Notes: generated by a model from the letters alone, not told the origin. 64,000 nt of DNA from Eledone cirrhosa (GCA_964016885.1 OZ024746.1:50344001-50408000), one strand, 5' to 3'. Positions 13,128 to 28,399 are shown, numbered from the stretch's first letter. Translations and numbers: made by a program.

Positions 13128-15879
13128 TGTAAAATGATTTCCAAATACTTTGTAAAATTTCCAAATACTTTTTTTTAAAAAAAAAACTTTTTTTCTAAAT
13201 ATTGTGTAAAGGTGAAAAACCTAAAAAAATCAATTTTAGATATCAGAAGTAAATATTTTGAAATGTATAAAAAAAATTGATTATTTTAGGTTTTTCACAG
13301 ATCGATCATTTTACACAGTATTTCGAAAAATTGTTTTTTTTCAAAAAAGATTGATTTTTTTTCTTTCGAAATGTATACTTTCTGATTTCGCATTTTACAC
13401 AGTATTTCGAAAAATTGTTTTTTTTCAAAAAAGTGATTTTTTTTCGATTTCGAAAATCGATATGCATTTTGTATTTTTCAAAAATTTTTCAACACATTAT
13501 TTTGAAAAAAAACATTTTTTCCAAATATTGTGTAAAGTGATCAATTTGTGAAAAACCTAAAAATATCAATTTTAGATACCAGAACTAAATATTTCGAAAT
13601 GTATAAAAAAATTGATTATTTTAGGTTTTTCACAAATTGATCATTTTACACAGTATTTCGAAAAATTGTTTTTTTTCAAAAAAGTGATCTTTTTTCGATT
13701 TTGTAAAATTGTTTTTTTTCAGAAAAGTGATTTTTTTTCGATTTCGAAAATTGATATGTATTTTGTATTTTTCAAAAATTTTTCAACGTGTCGAAACACG
13801 ATTAATAAACGCATTATTTTGAAAAAAAACATTTTTTCCAAATATTGTGTAAAGTGATCAATTTGTGAAAAACCGAAAAAAATCAATTTTAGAAATCAGA
13901 AGTAAATATTTCGAAATGTATAAAAAAATTGATTATTTTAGGTTTTTCACAAAATGATCAATTTGTGAAAAACCGAAAAAAATCAATTTTAGAAATCAGA
14001 AGTAAATATTTCGAAATGTATAAAAAAATTGATTATTTTAGGTTTTTCACAAATTGATCATTTTACACAGTATTTCGAAAAATTGTTTTTTTTCAAAAAA
14101 GATTGATTTTTTTTCTTTCGAAATATATACTTTCTGATTTCGAAAATTGATATATATTTTGTATTTTTCAAAAATTTTTCAACGTGTCGAAACAATGTAT
14201 AAACGCATTTTTAAAAAAAAAAACATTTTTTCCAAATACTTTGTAAAATGATCGATTTGTGAAAAACCCCAAAAAATCAATTTTAGATATCAGAAGTAAA
14301 TATTTCGAAATGTATAAAAAAATTGATTATTTTAGGTTTTTCACAAATTGATCATTTTACACAGTATTTCGAAAAATTGTTTTTTTTCAAAAAAGTGATT
14401 TTTTTTCGATTTCGAAAATTGATATGTATTTTGTATTTTTCAAAAGTTTTTCAACGTGTCGAAACACAACGTATAAACGCATTTTTTAAAAAAAAAACAT
14501 TTTTTCTAAATATTGTGTAAAGGTGAAAAACCTAAAAAAATCAATTTTAGAAATCAGAAGTAAATATTTTGAAATGTATAAAAATATTGATTATTTTAGG
14601 TTTTTCACAAATTGATCATTTTACACAGTATCTCGAAAAATTGTTTTTTTCAAAAAAGATTGATTTTTTTTCTTTCGAAATATATACTTTCTGATTTCGA
14701 AAATTGATATATATTTTGTATTTTTCAAAAGTTTTGCGTGTCGAAACACGATGTATAAACGCATTTTTTTGAAAAAAAAACATTTTTTCTAAAAATGATC
14801 AATTTGTGAAAAACCGAAAAAAATCAATTTTAGAAATCAGAAGTAAATATTTCGAAATGTATAAAAAAATTGATTATTTTAGGTTTTTCACAAATTGATC
14901 ATTTTACACAGTATTTCGACAAATTGTTTTTTTTCAAAAAAGATTGATTTTTTTTCTTTCGAAATGTATACTTTCTGATTTCGAAAATTGATATATATTT
15001 TGTATTTTTCAAAAATTTTTCAACGTGTCGAGATACGATGAATAAACGCATTTTTTTGAAAAAAAACATCTTTTCCAAATACTTTGTAAAATGATCAATT
15101 TGTGAAAAACCGAAAAAAATCAATTTTAGAAATCAGAAGTAAATATTTTGAAATGTATAAAAAAATTGATTATTTTAGGTTTTTCACAAAATGATCAATT
15201 TGTGAAAAACCGAAAAAAATCAATTTTAGAAATCAGAAGTAAATATTTCGAAATGTATAAAAAAATTGATTATTTTAGGTTTTTCACAAATTGATCATTT
15301 TACACAGTATTTCGAAAAATTGTTTTTTTTCAAAAAAGATTGATTTTTTTTCTTTCGAAATGTATACTTTCTGATTTCGAAAATTGATATATATTTTGTA
15401 TTTTTCAAAAATTTTTCAACGTGTCGAAACACGATGTATAAACGCATTTTTTTGAAAAAAAACATTTTTTCCAAATACTGTGTAAAATGATCAATTTGTG
15501 CAAAACCGAAAAAAATCAATTTTAGAAATCAGAAGTAAATATTTCTAAATGTATAAAAAATTGATTATTTTAGGTTTTTCACAAATTGATCATTTTACAC
15601 AGTATTTCGAAAAATTGTTTTTTTTCAAAAAAGATTGATTTTTTTTTCTTTCGAAATGTATACTTTCTGATTTCGAAAATTGATATATATTTTGTATTTT
15701 TCAAAAATTTTTCAACGTGTCGAGATACGATGAATAAACGCATTTTTTTGAAAAAAAACATCTTTTCCAAATACTTTGTAAAATGATCAATTTGTGAAAA
15801 ACCGAAAAAAATCAATTTTAGAAATCAGAAGTAAATATTTCGAAATGTATAAAAAAATTGATTATTTTAGGTTTTTCAC

Positions 15880-15924
15880 AAAATGATCAATTTGTGAAAA
15901 AATTTTTCACAAATTGATCATTTT
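15880..15924. other. Perfect 22-bp palindrome arms with a 1-nt centre (loop A deleted)
   Basis: aaaatgatcaatttgtgaaaaa / a / tttttcacaaattgatcatttt. Confidence 0.9.
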
Positions 15925-18900
15925 ACACAGTATTTCGAAAAATTGTTTTTTTTCAAAAAAGTGATTTTTTTTTCGATTTCGAAAATTGATATGTATTTTG
16001 TATTTTTCAAAAATTTTTCAACGTGTCGAGACACAACGTATAAACGCATTTTTTTAAAAAAAAACATTTTTTCTAAATATTGTGTAAAGGTGAAAAAACT
16101 AAAAAAATCAATTTTAGATATCAGAAGTAAATATTTCGAAATGTATAAAAAAATTTATTATTTTAGGTTTTTCACAAATTGATCATTTTACACAGTATTT
16201 CGAAAAATTGTTTTTTTTCAAAAAAGATTGATTTTTTTTCTTTCGAAATGTATACTTTCTGATTTCGAAAATTGATATATATTTTGTATTTTTCAAAAAT
16301 TTTTCAACGTGTCGAAACACAATGTAAAAACGCATATTTTTGAAAAAAAACATTTTTTCCAAATACTGTGTAAAATGATCAATTTGTGAAAAACCGAAAA
16401 AAATCAATTTTAGAAATCAGAAGTAAATATTTTGAAATGTATAAAAATATTGATCATTTTACACAGTATTTCGAAAAATTGTTTTTTTTCAAAAAAGATT
16501 GATTTTTTTTCTTTCGAAATGTATACTTTCTGATTTCGAAAATTGATATATATTTTGTATTTTTCAAAAATTTTGCGTGTCGAAACACGATGTATAAACG
16601 CATTTTTTAAAAAAAACTTTTTTTCTAAAAATGATCAATTTGTGAAAAACCGAAAAAAATCAATTTTAGAAATCAGAAGTAAATATTTCGAAATGTATAA
16701 AAAAATTGATTATTTTAGGTTTTTCACAAATTGATCATTTTACACAGTATTTCGAAAAATTGTTTTTTTTCAAAAAAGTTTGATTTTTTTTCGATTTCGA
16801 AAATTGATATATATTTTGTATTTTTCAAAAATTTTTCAACGTGTCGAAACACGATGTATAAACGCATTTTTTTTAAAAAAAAACATTTTTTCTAAAAATG
16901 ATCAATGTGTGAAAAACCGAAAAAAATCAATTTTAGAAATCAGAAGTAAATACTTCGAAAAGTATAAAAAAATTGATTATTTTAGGTTTTTCACAAATTG
17001 ATCATTTTACACAGTATTTCGAAAAATTGTTTTTTTTCAAAAAAGATTGATTTTTTTTCTTTCGAAATATATACTTTCTGATTTCGAAAATTGATATATA
17101 TTTTGTATTTTTCAAAAATTTTTCAACGTGTCGAAACAGAATGTATAAACGCATTTTTTTTTTAAAAAAATTTTTTGTAAATATTGTGTAAAGTGATCGA
17201 TTTGTGAAAAACCTAAAAAAATCAATTTTAGATATCAGAAGTAAATATTTCGAAATGTATAAAAAAATTGATTATTTTAGGTTTTTCACAAATTGATCAT
17301 TTTACACAGTATTTCGAAAAATTGTTTTTTTTCAAAAAAGTGATTTTTTTTCGATTTCGAAAATTGATATGTATTTTGTATTTTTCAAAAATTTTTCAAC
17401 GTGTCTAAACACGATGAATAAACGCATTTTTTTGAAAAAAAACATTTTTTCCAAATATTGCGTAAAGTGATCAATTTATGAAAAACCTAAAAAAATCAAT
17501 TTTAGATACCAGAAGTAAATATTTCGAAATGTATAAAAAAATTGATTATTTTAGGTTTTTCACAAATTGATCATTTTACACAGTATTTCGAAAAATTGTT
17601 TTTATTCAAAAAAGATTGATTTTTTTTGTTTCGAAATATATACTTTCTGATTTCGAAAATTGATATATATTTTGTATTTTTCAAAAATTTTTCAACGTGT
17701 CGAAACACGATGTATAAACGCATTTTTTTAAAAAAAAACATTTTTTCCAAATACTGTGTAAAATGATCAATTTGTGCAAAACCGAAAAAAATCAATTTTA
17801 GAAATCAGAAGTAAATATTTCGAAAAGTATAAAAAAATTGATTATTTTAGGTTTTTCACAAAATGATCAATTTGTGAAAAACCGAAAAAAATCAATTTTA
17901 GAAATCAGAAGTAAATATTTCGAAATGTATAAAAAAATTGATTATTTTAGGTTTTTCACAAATTGATCATTTTACACAGTATTTCGAAAAATTGTTTTTT
18001 TTCAAAAAAGATTGATTTTTTTTCTTTCGAAATGTATACTTTCTCATTTCGAAAATTGATATATATTTTGTAGTTTTCAAAAATTTTTCAACGAGTCGAG
18101 ACAAAACGCATTTTTTTGAAAAAAAACATTTTTTCCAAATATTGTGTAAAGTGATCAATTTGTGAAAAACCTAAAAAGATCAATTTTAGATATCAGAAGT
18201 AAATATTTCGAAATGTATAAAAAAATTGATTATTTTAGGTTTTTCACAAATTGATCATTTTACACAGTATTTCGAAAAATTGTTTTTTTTCAAAAGAGAT
18301 TGATTTTTTTTCAGAAAAGTTTGATTTATTTTCGATTTCGAAAATTGATATATATTATGTATTTTTCAAAAATTTTTCAACGTGTCGAAACACGATGTAT
18401 AAACGCATTTTTTTGAAAAAAAAACATTTTTTCTAAAAATGATCAATTTGTGAAAAACCGAAAAAAATCAATTTTAGAAATCAGAAGTAAATATTTCGAA
18501 AAGTATAAAAAAATTGATTATTTTAGGTTTTTCACAAATTGATCATTTTACACAGTATTTCGAAAAATTGTTTTTTTTCAAAAAAGATTGATTTTTTTTC
18601 TTTCAAAATATATACTTTCTGATTTCGAAAAGTATAAAAAAATTGATTATTTTAGGTTTTTCACAAATTGATCATTTTACACATTATTTCGAAAAATTGT
18701 TTTTTTTCAGAAAAGTTTGATTTATTTTCGATTTCGAAAATTGATATATATTATGTATTTTTCAAAAATTTTTCAACGTGTCGAAACACGATGTATAAAC
18801 GCATTATTTTGAAAAAAAACATTTTTTCCAAATACTGTGTAAAATGATCAATTTGTGAAAAACCGAAAAAAATCAATTTTCGAAATCAGAAGTAAATATT

Positions 18901-21900
18901 TCGAAATGTATAAAAAAATTGATTATTTTACGTTTTTCACAAATTGATCATTTTACACAGTATTTCGAAAAATTGTTTTTTTTCAAAAAAGATTGATTTT
19001 TTTTCTTTCGAAATGTATACTTTCTGATTTCGAAAATTGATATATATTTTGTATTTTTCAAAAATTTTTCAACGTGTCGAGATACGATGAATAAACGCAC
19101 TTTTTTAAAAAAAAACATCTTTTCCAAATACTTTGTAAAATGATCAATTTGTGAAAAACCGAAAAAAATCAATTTTAGAAACCAGAAGTAAATATTTCGA
19201 AATGTATAAAAAAATTGATTATTTTAGGTTTTTCACAAAATGATCAATTTGTGAAAAACCGAAAAAAATCAATTTTAGAAATCAGAAGTAAATATTTCGA
19301 AATGTATAAAAAAATTGATTATTTTAGGTTTTTCACAAATTGATCATTTTACACAGTATTTCGAAAAATTGTTTTTTTTCAAAAAAGATTGATTTTTTTT
19401 CTTTCGAAATGTATACTTTCTGATATCGAAAATCGATATATATTTTGTATTTTTCAAAAATTTTTCAACGTGTCGAAACATTTTTTCCAAATACTGTGTA
19501 AAATGATCAATTTGTGCAAAACCGAAAAAAATCAATTTTAGAAATCAGAAGTAAATATTTCGAAATGTATAAAAAATTGATTATTTTAGGTTTTTCACAA
19601 ATTGATCATTTTACACAGTATTTCGAAAAATTGTTTTTTTTCAGAAAAGTTTGATTTATTTTCGATTTCGAAAATTGATATATATTTTGTATTTTTCAAA
19701 AATTTTTCAACGTGTCGAAACACAATGTATAAACGCATTTTTAAAAAAAAAAACATTTTTCTAAATATTGTGTAAAGTGATCGATTTGTGAAAAACCCAA
19801 AAAAATCAATTTTAGATATCAGAAGTAAATATTTCGAAATGTATAAAAAAATTGATTATTTTAGGTTTTTCACAAATTGATCATTTTACACAGTATTTCG
19901 AAAAATTGTTTTTTTTCAAAAAAGATTGATTTTTTTTCTTTCGAAATGTATACTTTCTGATTTCGAAAATTGATATATATTTTGTATTTTTCAAAAGTTT
20001 TTCAACGTGTCGAGATACGATGAATAAACGCATTTTTTTGAAAAAAAACATTTTTTCCAAATACTTTGTAAAATGATCGATTTGTGAAAAACCCCAAAAA
20101 ATCAATTTTAGATATCAGAAGTAAATATTTCGAAATGTATAAAAAAATTGATTATTTTAGGTTTTTCACAAATTGATCATTTTACACAGTATTTCGAAAA
20201 ATTGTTTTTTTTCAAAAAAGTGATTTTTTTTCGATTTCGAAAATTGATATGTATTTTGTATTTTTCAAAAATTTTTCAACGTGTCGAAACACAACGTATG
20301 AACGCATTTTTTAAAAAAAAAACATTTTTCTAAATATTGTGTAAAGGTGAAAAACCTAAAAAAATCAATTTTAGATATCAGAAGTAAATATTTCGAAATG
20401 TATAAAAAAATTGATTATTTTAGGTTTTTCACAAATTGATCATTTTACACAGTATTTCGAAAAATTGTTTTTTTTCAAAAAAGTTTGATTTTTTTTCGAT
20501 TTCGAAAATTGATATATATTTTGTATTTTTCAAAAATTTTTCAACGTGTCGAAACACAATGTAAAAACGCATATTTTTGAAAAAAAACATTTTTTCCAAA
20601 TACTGTGTAAAATAATCAATTTGTGAAAAACCGAAAAAAATCAATTTTAGAAATCAGAAGTAAATATTTTGAAATGTATAAAAAAATTGATTATTTTAGG
20701 TTTTTCACAAATTGATCATTTTACACAGTATTTCGAAAAATTGTTTTTTTTCAAAAAAGATTGATTTTTTTTCTTTCGAAATGTATACTTTCTGATATCG
20801 AAAATTGAAATATATTTTGTATTTTTCAAAAGTTTTTCAACGTGTCGAGATACGATGAATAAACGCATTTTTTTGAAAAAAAACATTTTTTCCAAATACT
20901 TTGTAAAATGATCGATTTGTGAAAAACCCCAAAAAATCAATTTTAGATATCAGAAGTAAATATTTCGAAATGTATAAAAAAATTGATTATTTTAGGTTTT
21001 TCACAAATTGATCATTTTACACAGTATTTCGAAGAATTGTTTTTTTTCAAAAAAGTGATTTTTTTTCGATTTCGAAAATTGATATGTATTTTGTATTTTT
21101 CCAAAATTTTTCAACGTGTCGAAACACGATGAATAAAACCATTATTTTGAAAAAAAACATTTTTTCCAAATATTGTGTAAAGTGATCAATTTGTGAAAAA
21201 CCTAAAAATATCAATTTTAGATACCAGAACTAAATATTTCGAAATGTATAAAAAAATTGATTATTTTAGGTTTTTCACAAATTGATCATTTTACACAGTA
21301 TTTCGAAAAATTGTTTTTTTTCAGAAAAGTTTGATTTATTTTCGATTTCGAAAATTGATATATATTTTGTATTTTTCAAAAATTTTTCAACGTGTCGAAA
21401 CAGAATGTATAAACGCATTTTTTTAAAAAAAAACATTTTTTCTAAATATTGTGTAAAGTGATCGATTTGTGAAAAACCTAAAAAAATCAATTTTAGATAT
21501 CAGAAGTAAATATTTCGAAATGTATAAAAAAATTGATTATTTTAGGTTTTTTCACACATTGATCATTTTACACAGTATTTCGAAAAATTGTTTTTTTTCA
21601 AAAAAGTGATTTTTTTTCGATTTCCAAAATTGACATGTACTTTGTATTTTTCAAAAATTTTTCAACGTGTCGAAACACGATGAATAAACGCATTTTTTTT
21701 AAAAAAAACATTTTTTCCAAATACTTTGTAAAATGATCGATTTGTGAAAAACCCCAAAAAATCAATTTTAGATATCAGAAGTAAATATTTCGATATGTAT
21801 AAAAAAATTGATTATTTTAGGTTTTTCACAAATTGATCATTTTACACAGTATTTCGAAAAATTGTTTTTTTTCAAAAAAGTGATTTTTTTTCATTTTCGA

Positions 21901-23265
21901 AAATTGATATGTATTTTGTATTTTTCAAAAATTTTTCAACGTGTCGAAACACAACGTATAAACGCATTTTTTTAAAAAAAAACATTTTTTCTAAATATTG
22001 TGTAAAGGTGAAAAACCTAAAAAAATCAATTTTAGATATCAGAAGTAAATATTTCGAAATGTATAAAAAAATTGATTATTTTAGGTTTTTCACAAATTGA
22101 TCATTTTACACAGTATTTCGAAAAATTGTTTTTTTTCAAAAAAGTTTGATTTTTTTTCGATTTCGAAAATTGATATATATTTTGTATTTTTCAAAAATTT
22201 TTCAACGTGTCGAAACACAATGTAAAAACGCATATTTTTGAAAAAAAACATTTTTTCCAAATACTGTGTAAAATGATCAATTTGTGAAAAACCGAAAAAA
22301 ATCAATTTTAGAAATCAGAAGTAAATATTTTGAAATGTATAAAAAAATTGATTATTTTAGGTTTTTCACAGATCGATCATTTTACACAGTATTTCGAAAA
22401 ATTGTTTTTTTTCAAAAAAGATTGATTTTTTTTCTTTCGAAATGTATACTTTCTGATTTCGCATTTTACACAGTATTTCGAAAAATTGTTTTTTTTCAAA
22501 AAAGTGATTTTTTTTCGATTTCGAAAATTGATATATATTTTGTATTTTTCAAAAATTTTTCAACGTGTCGAAACACAATGTATAAACGCATTTTTTTGAA
22601 AAAAAACATTTTTTCCAAATACTGTGTAAAATGATCAATATATGAAAAACCGAAAAAAATCAATTTTAGAAATCAGAAGTAAATATTTCTAAATGTATAA
22701 AAAATTGATTATTTTAGGTTTTTCACAAATTGATCATTTTACACAGTATTTCGAAAAATTGTTTTTTTTCAGAAAAGTTTGATTTATTTTCGATTTCGAA
22801 AATTGATATATATTATGTATTTTTCAAAAATTTTTCAACGTGTCGATACACGATGTATAAACGCATTATTTTGAAAAAAACATTTTTTCCAAATACTGTG
22901 TAAAATGATCAATTAGTGAAAAACCGAAAAAAATCAATTTTAGAAATCAGAAGTAAATATTTCGAAATGTATAAAAAAATTGATTATTTTAGGTTTTTCA
23001 CAAATTGATCATTTTACACAGTATTTCGAAAAATTGTTTTTTTTCAGAAAAGTTTGATTTATTTTCGATTTCGAAAATTGATGTATATTATGTATTTTTC
23101 AAAAATTTTTCAACGTGTCGATACACGATGTATAAACGCATTATTTTGAAAAAAACATTTTTTCCAAATACTGTGTAAAATGATCAATTTGTGAAAAACC
23201 GAAAAAAATCAATTTTAGAAATCAGAAGTAAATATTTCGAAATGTATAAAAAAATTGATTATTTT

Positions 23266-24670
23266 AGGTTTTTCACAAATTGATCATTTTACAATTTGTG
23301 AAAAACCTAAAAAAATCAATTTTAGAAATCAGAAGTAAATATTTCGAAATGTATAAAAAATTGATTATTTTAGGTTTTTCACAAATTGATCATTTAACAC
23401 AGTATTTCGAAAAATTGTTTTTTTTCAGAAAAGTTTGATTTATTTTCGATTTCGAAAATTGATATATATTTTGTATTTTTCAAAAATTTTTCAACGTGTC
23501 GAAACACAATGTATAAACGCATTTTTTTGAAAAAAAACATTTTATCCAAATATTGTGTAAAGTGATCAATTTATGAAAAACCTAAAAAAATCAATTTTAG
23601 ATACCAGAAGTAAATATTTCGAAATGTATAAAAAAATTGATTATTTTAGGTTTTTCACAAATTGATCATTTTACACAGTATTTCGAAAAATTGTTTTTTT
23701 TCAAAAAAGTGATTTTTTTTCGATTTCGAAAATTGATATGTATTTTGTATTTTTCAATAATTTTTCAACGTGTCGAAACACGATGTATAAACGCATTTTT
23801 TTGAAAAAAAAACATTTTTTCTAAAAATGATCAATTTGTGAAAAACCGAAAAAAATCAATTTTAGAAATCAGAAGTAAATATTTCGAAATGTATAAAAAA
23901 ATTGATTATTTTAGGTTTTTCACAAATTGATCATTTTACAATTTGTGAAAAACCTAAAAAAATCAATTTTAGAAATCAGAAGTAAATATTTCGAAATGTA
24001 TAAAAAATTGATTATTTTAGGTTTTTCACAAATTGATCATTTAACACAGTATTTCGAAAAATTGTTTTTTTTCAGAAAAGTTTGATTTATTTTCGATTTC
24101 GAAAATTGATATATATTTTGTATTTTTCAAAAATTTTTCAACGTGTCGAAACACAATGTATAAACGCATTTTTTTTAAAAAAAACATTTTATCCAAATAT
24201 TGTGTAAAGTGATCAATTTATGAAAAACCTAAAAAAATCAATTTTAGATACCAGAAGTAAATATTTCGAAATGTATAAAAAAATTGATTATTTTAGGTTT
24301 TTCACAAATTGATCATTTTACACAGTATTTCGAAAAATTGTTTTTTTTCAAAAAAGTGATTTTTTTTCGATTTCAAAAATTGATATGTATTTTGTATTTT
24401 TCAATAATTTTTCAACGTGTCGAAACACGATGTATAAACGCATTTTTTTGAAAAAAAAACATTTTTTCTAAAAATGATCAATTTGTGAAAAACCGAAAAA
24501 AATCAATTTTAGAAATCAGAAGTAAATATTTCGAAATGTATAAAAAAATTGATTATTTTAGGTTTTTCACAAATTGATCATTTTACAATTTGTGAAAAAC
24601 CGAAAAAAATCAATTTTAGAAATCAGAAGTAAATATTTCGAAATGTATAAAAAATTGATTATTTTAGGTT
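23266..24670 (+). repeat. 647-bp three-monomer higher-order repeat (mini-monomer plus two monomers), tandem
   Basis: 106-bp units at 23266, 23913 and 24560; 'catttaacac' at 23391/24038. The pattern recurs at +10620. Confidence 0.85.
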
Positions 24671-27600
24671 TTTCACAAATTGATCATTTTACACAGTATT
24701 TCGAAAAATTGTTTTTTTTCAGAAAAGTTTGATTTATTTTCGATTTCGAAAATTGATATATATTTTGTATTTTTCAAAAATTTTTCAACGTGTCGAAACA
24801 CAATGTATAAACGCATTTTTTAAAAAAAAAACATTTTTTCTAAATATTGTGTAAAGTGATCGATTTGTGAAAAACCTAAAAAAATCAATTTTAGATATCA
24901 GAAGTAAATATTTCGAAATGTATAAAAAAATTGATTATTTTAGGTTTTTTCACACATTGATCATTTTACACAGTATTTCGAAAAATTGTTTTTTTTCAAA
25001 AAAGTGATTTTTTTTCGATTTCGAAAATTGATATGTATTTTGTATTTTTCAAAAATTTTTCAACGTGTCGAAACAGGATGAATAAACGCATTTTTTTGAA
25101 AAAAAACATTTTATCCAAATATTGTGTAAAGTGATCAATTTATGAAAAACCTAAAAAAATCAATTTTAGATACCAGAAGTAAATATTTCGAAATGTATAA
25201 AAAAATTGATTATTTTAGGTTTTTCACAAATTGATCATTTTACAATTTGTGAAAAACCGAAAAAAATCAATTTTAGAAATCAGAAGTAAATATTTCGAAA
25301 TGTATAAAAAATTGATTATTTTAGGTTTTTCACAAATTGATCATTTTACACAGTATTTCGAAAAATTTTTTTTTTCAGAAAAGTTTGATTTATTTTCGAT
25401 TTCGAATATTGATATATATTTTGTATTTTTCAAAAATTTTTCAACGTGTCGAAACACGATGAATAAACGCATTTTTTTGAAAAAAAATTTTATCCAAATA
25501 TTGTGTAAAGTGATCAATTTATGAAAAACCTAAAAAAATCAATTTTAGATACCAGAAGTAAATATTTCGAAATGTATAAAAAAATTGATTATTTTAGGTT
25601 TTTCACAAATTGATCATTTTACAAAGTATTTCGAAAAATTGTTTTTTTTCAAAAAAGTGATTTTTTTTCGATTTCGAAAATTGATATGTATTTTGTATTT
25701 TTCAAAAATTTTTCAACGTGTCAAAACACGATGAATAAACGCATTATTTTGAAAAAAAACATTGTTTCCAAATATTGTGTAAAGTGATCAATTTGTGAAA
25801 AACCTAAAAATATCAATTTTAGATACCAGAACTAAATATTTCAAAATGTATAAAAAAATTGATTATAGGTTTTTCACAAATTGATCATTTTACACAGTAT
25901 TTCGAAAAATTGTTTTTTTTTCAGAAAAGATTGATTTTTTATCTTTCGAAATATATACTTTCTGATTTCGAAAATTGATATATATTTTGTATTTTTCAAA
26001 TATTTTTCAACGTGTCGAAACACAATGTATAAACGCATTTTTTTGAAAAAAAACATTTTTTCCAAATACTGTGTAAAATGATCAATTAGTGAAAAACCGA
26101 AAAAAATCAATTTTAGAAATCAGAAGTAAATATTTCGAAATGTATAAAAAAATTGATTATTTTAGGTTTTTCACAAATTGATCATTTTACAATTTGTGAA
26201 AAACCGAAAAAAATCAATTTTAGAAATCAGAAGTAAATATTTCGAAATGTATAAAAAATTGATTATTTTAGGTTTTTCACAAATTGATCATTTTACACAG
26301 TATTTCGAAAAATTGTTTTTTTTCAGAAAAGTTTGATTTATTTTCGATTTCGAAAATTGATATATATTTTGTATTTTTCAAAAATTTTTCAACGTGTCGA
26401 AACACAATGTATAAACGCATTTTTTTGAAAAAAAAACATTTTTTCTAAAAATGATCAATTTGTGAAAAACCGAAAAAAATCAATTTTAGAAATCAGAAGT
26501 AAATATTTCGAAATGTATAAAAAATTGATTATTTTAGGTTTTTCACAAATTGATCATTTTACACAGTATTTCGAAAAATTTTTTTTTTCAGAAAAGTTTG
26601 ATTTATTTTCGATTTCGAATATTGATATATATTTTGTATTTTTCAAAAATTTTTCAACGTGTCGAAACACAATGTATAAACGCATTTTTTTTAAAAAAAA
26701 CATTTTTTCTAAATATTGTGTAAAGTGATCGATTTGTGAAAAACCTAAAAAAATCAATTTTAGATATCAGAAGTAAATATTTCGAAATGTATAAAAAAAT
26801 TGATTATTTTAGGTTTTTTCACACATTGATCATTTTACACAGTATTTCGAAAAATTGTTTTTTTTCAAAAAAGTGATTTTTTTTCGATTTCGAAAATTGA
26901 TATGTATTTTGTATTTTTCAAAAATTTTTCAACGTGTCGAAACACGATGAATAAACGCATTTTTTGGAAAAAAAACATTTTATCCAAATATTGTGTAAAG
27001 TGATCAATTTATGAAAAACCTAAAAAAATCAATTTTAGATACCAGAAGTAAATATTTCGAAATGTATAAAAAAATTGATTATTTTAGGTTTTTCACAAAT
27101 TGATCATTTTACAAAGTATTTCGAAAAATTGTTTTTTTTCAGAAAAGATTGATTTTTTTTCTTTGATTTTCAGATATCAGAAGTAAATATTTTAAAATGT
27201 ATAAAAAAATTGATTATTTTAGGTTTTTCACAAATTGATCATTTTACACAGTATTTCGAAAAATTGTTTTTTTTCAAAAAAGATTGATTTTTTTTCTTTC
27301 GAAATGTATACTTTCTGATTTCGAAAATTGACATATATTTTGTATTTTTCAAAAGTTTTTCAACGTGTCGAGATACGATGAATAAACGCATTTTTTTGAA
27401 AAAAAACATTTTTTCCAAATACTTTGTAAAATGATCGATTTGTGAAAAACCCCAAAAAATCAATTTTAGATATCAGAAGTAAATATTTCGAAATGTATAA
27501 AAAAATTGATTATTTTAGGTTTTTCACAAATTGATCATTTTACACAGTATTTCGAAAAATTGTTTTTTTTCAAAAAGGTGATTTTTTTCGATTTCGAAAA

Positions 27601-28399
27601 TTGATATGTATTTTGTATTTTTCAAAAATTTTTCAACGTGTCGAAACACGATGAATAAACGCATTATTTTGAAAAAAAACATTTTTTCCAAATATTGTGT
27701 AAAGTGATCAATTTGTGAAAAACCTAAAAATATCAATTTCAGATACCAGAACTAAATACTTCGAAATGTATAAAAAAATTGATTATTTTAGGTTTTTCAC
27801 AAATTGATCATTTTACACAGTATTTCGAAAAATTGTTTTTTTTCAGAAAAGATTGATTTTTTTTCTTTCGAAATATATACTTTCTGATTTCGAAAATTGA
27901 TATATATTTTGTATTTTTCAAAAATTTTTCAATGTAAAATTTCGAAAATTGATATGTATTTTTTATTTTTCAATAATTTTTCAACGTGTCGAAACACGAT
28001 GTATAAACGCATTTTTTTGAAAAAAAAACATTTTTTCTAAAAATGATCAATTTGTGAAAAACCGAAAAAAATCAATTCTAGAAATCAGAAGTAAATATTT
28101 CGAAATGTATAAAAAAATTGATTATTTTAGGTTTTTCACAAGTTGATCATTTTACACAGTATTTCGAAAAATTGTTTTTTTTCAGAAAAGATTGAATTTT
28201 TATCTTTCGAAATATATACTTTCTGATTTCGAAAATTGATATATATTTTGTAGTTTTCAAAAATTTTTCAACGTGTCGAAACACAATGTATAAACGCATT
28301 TTTTTGAAAAAAAACATTTTTTCCAAATACTGTGTAAAATGATCAATTTGTGAAAAACCGAAAAAAATCAATTTTAGAAATCAGAAGTAAATATTTCTA

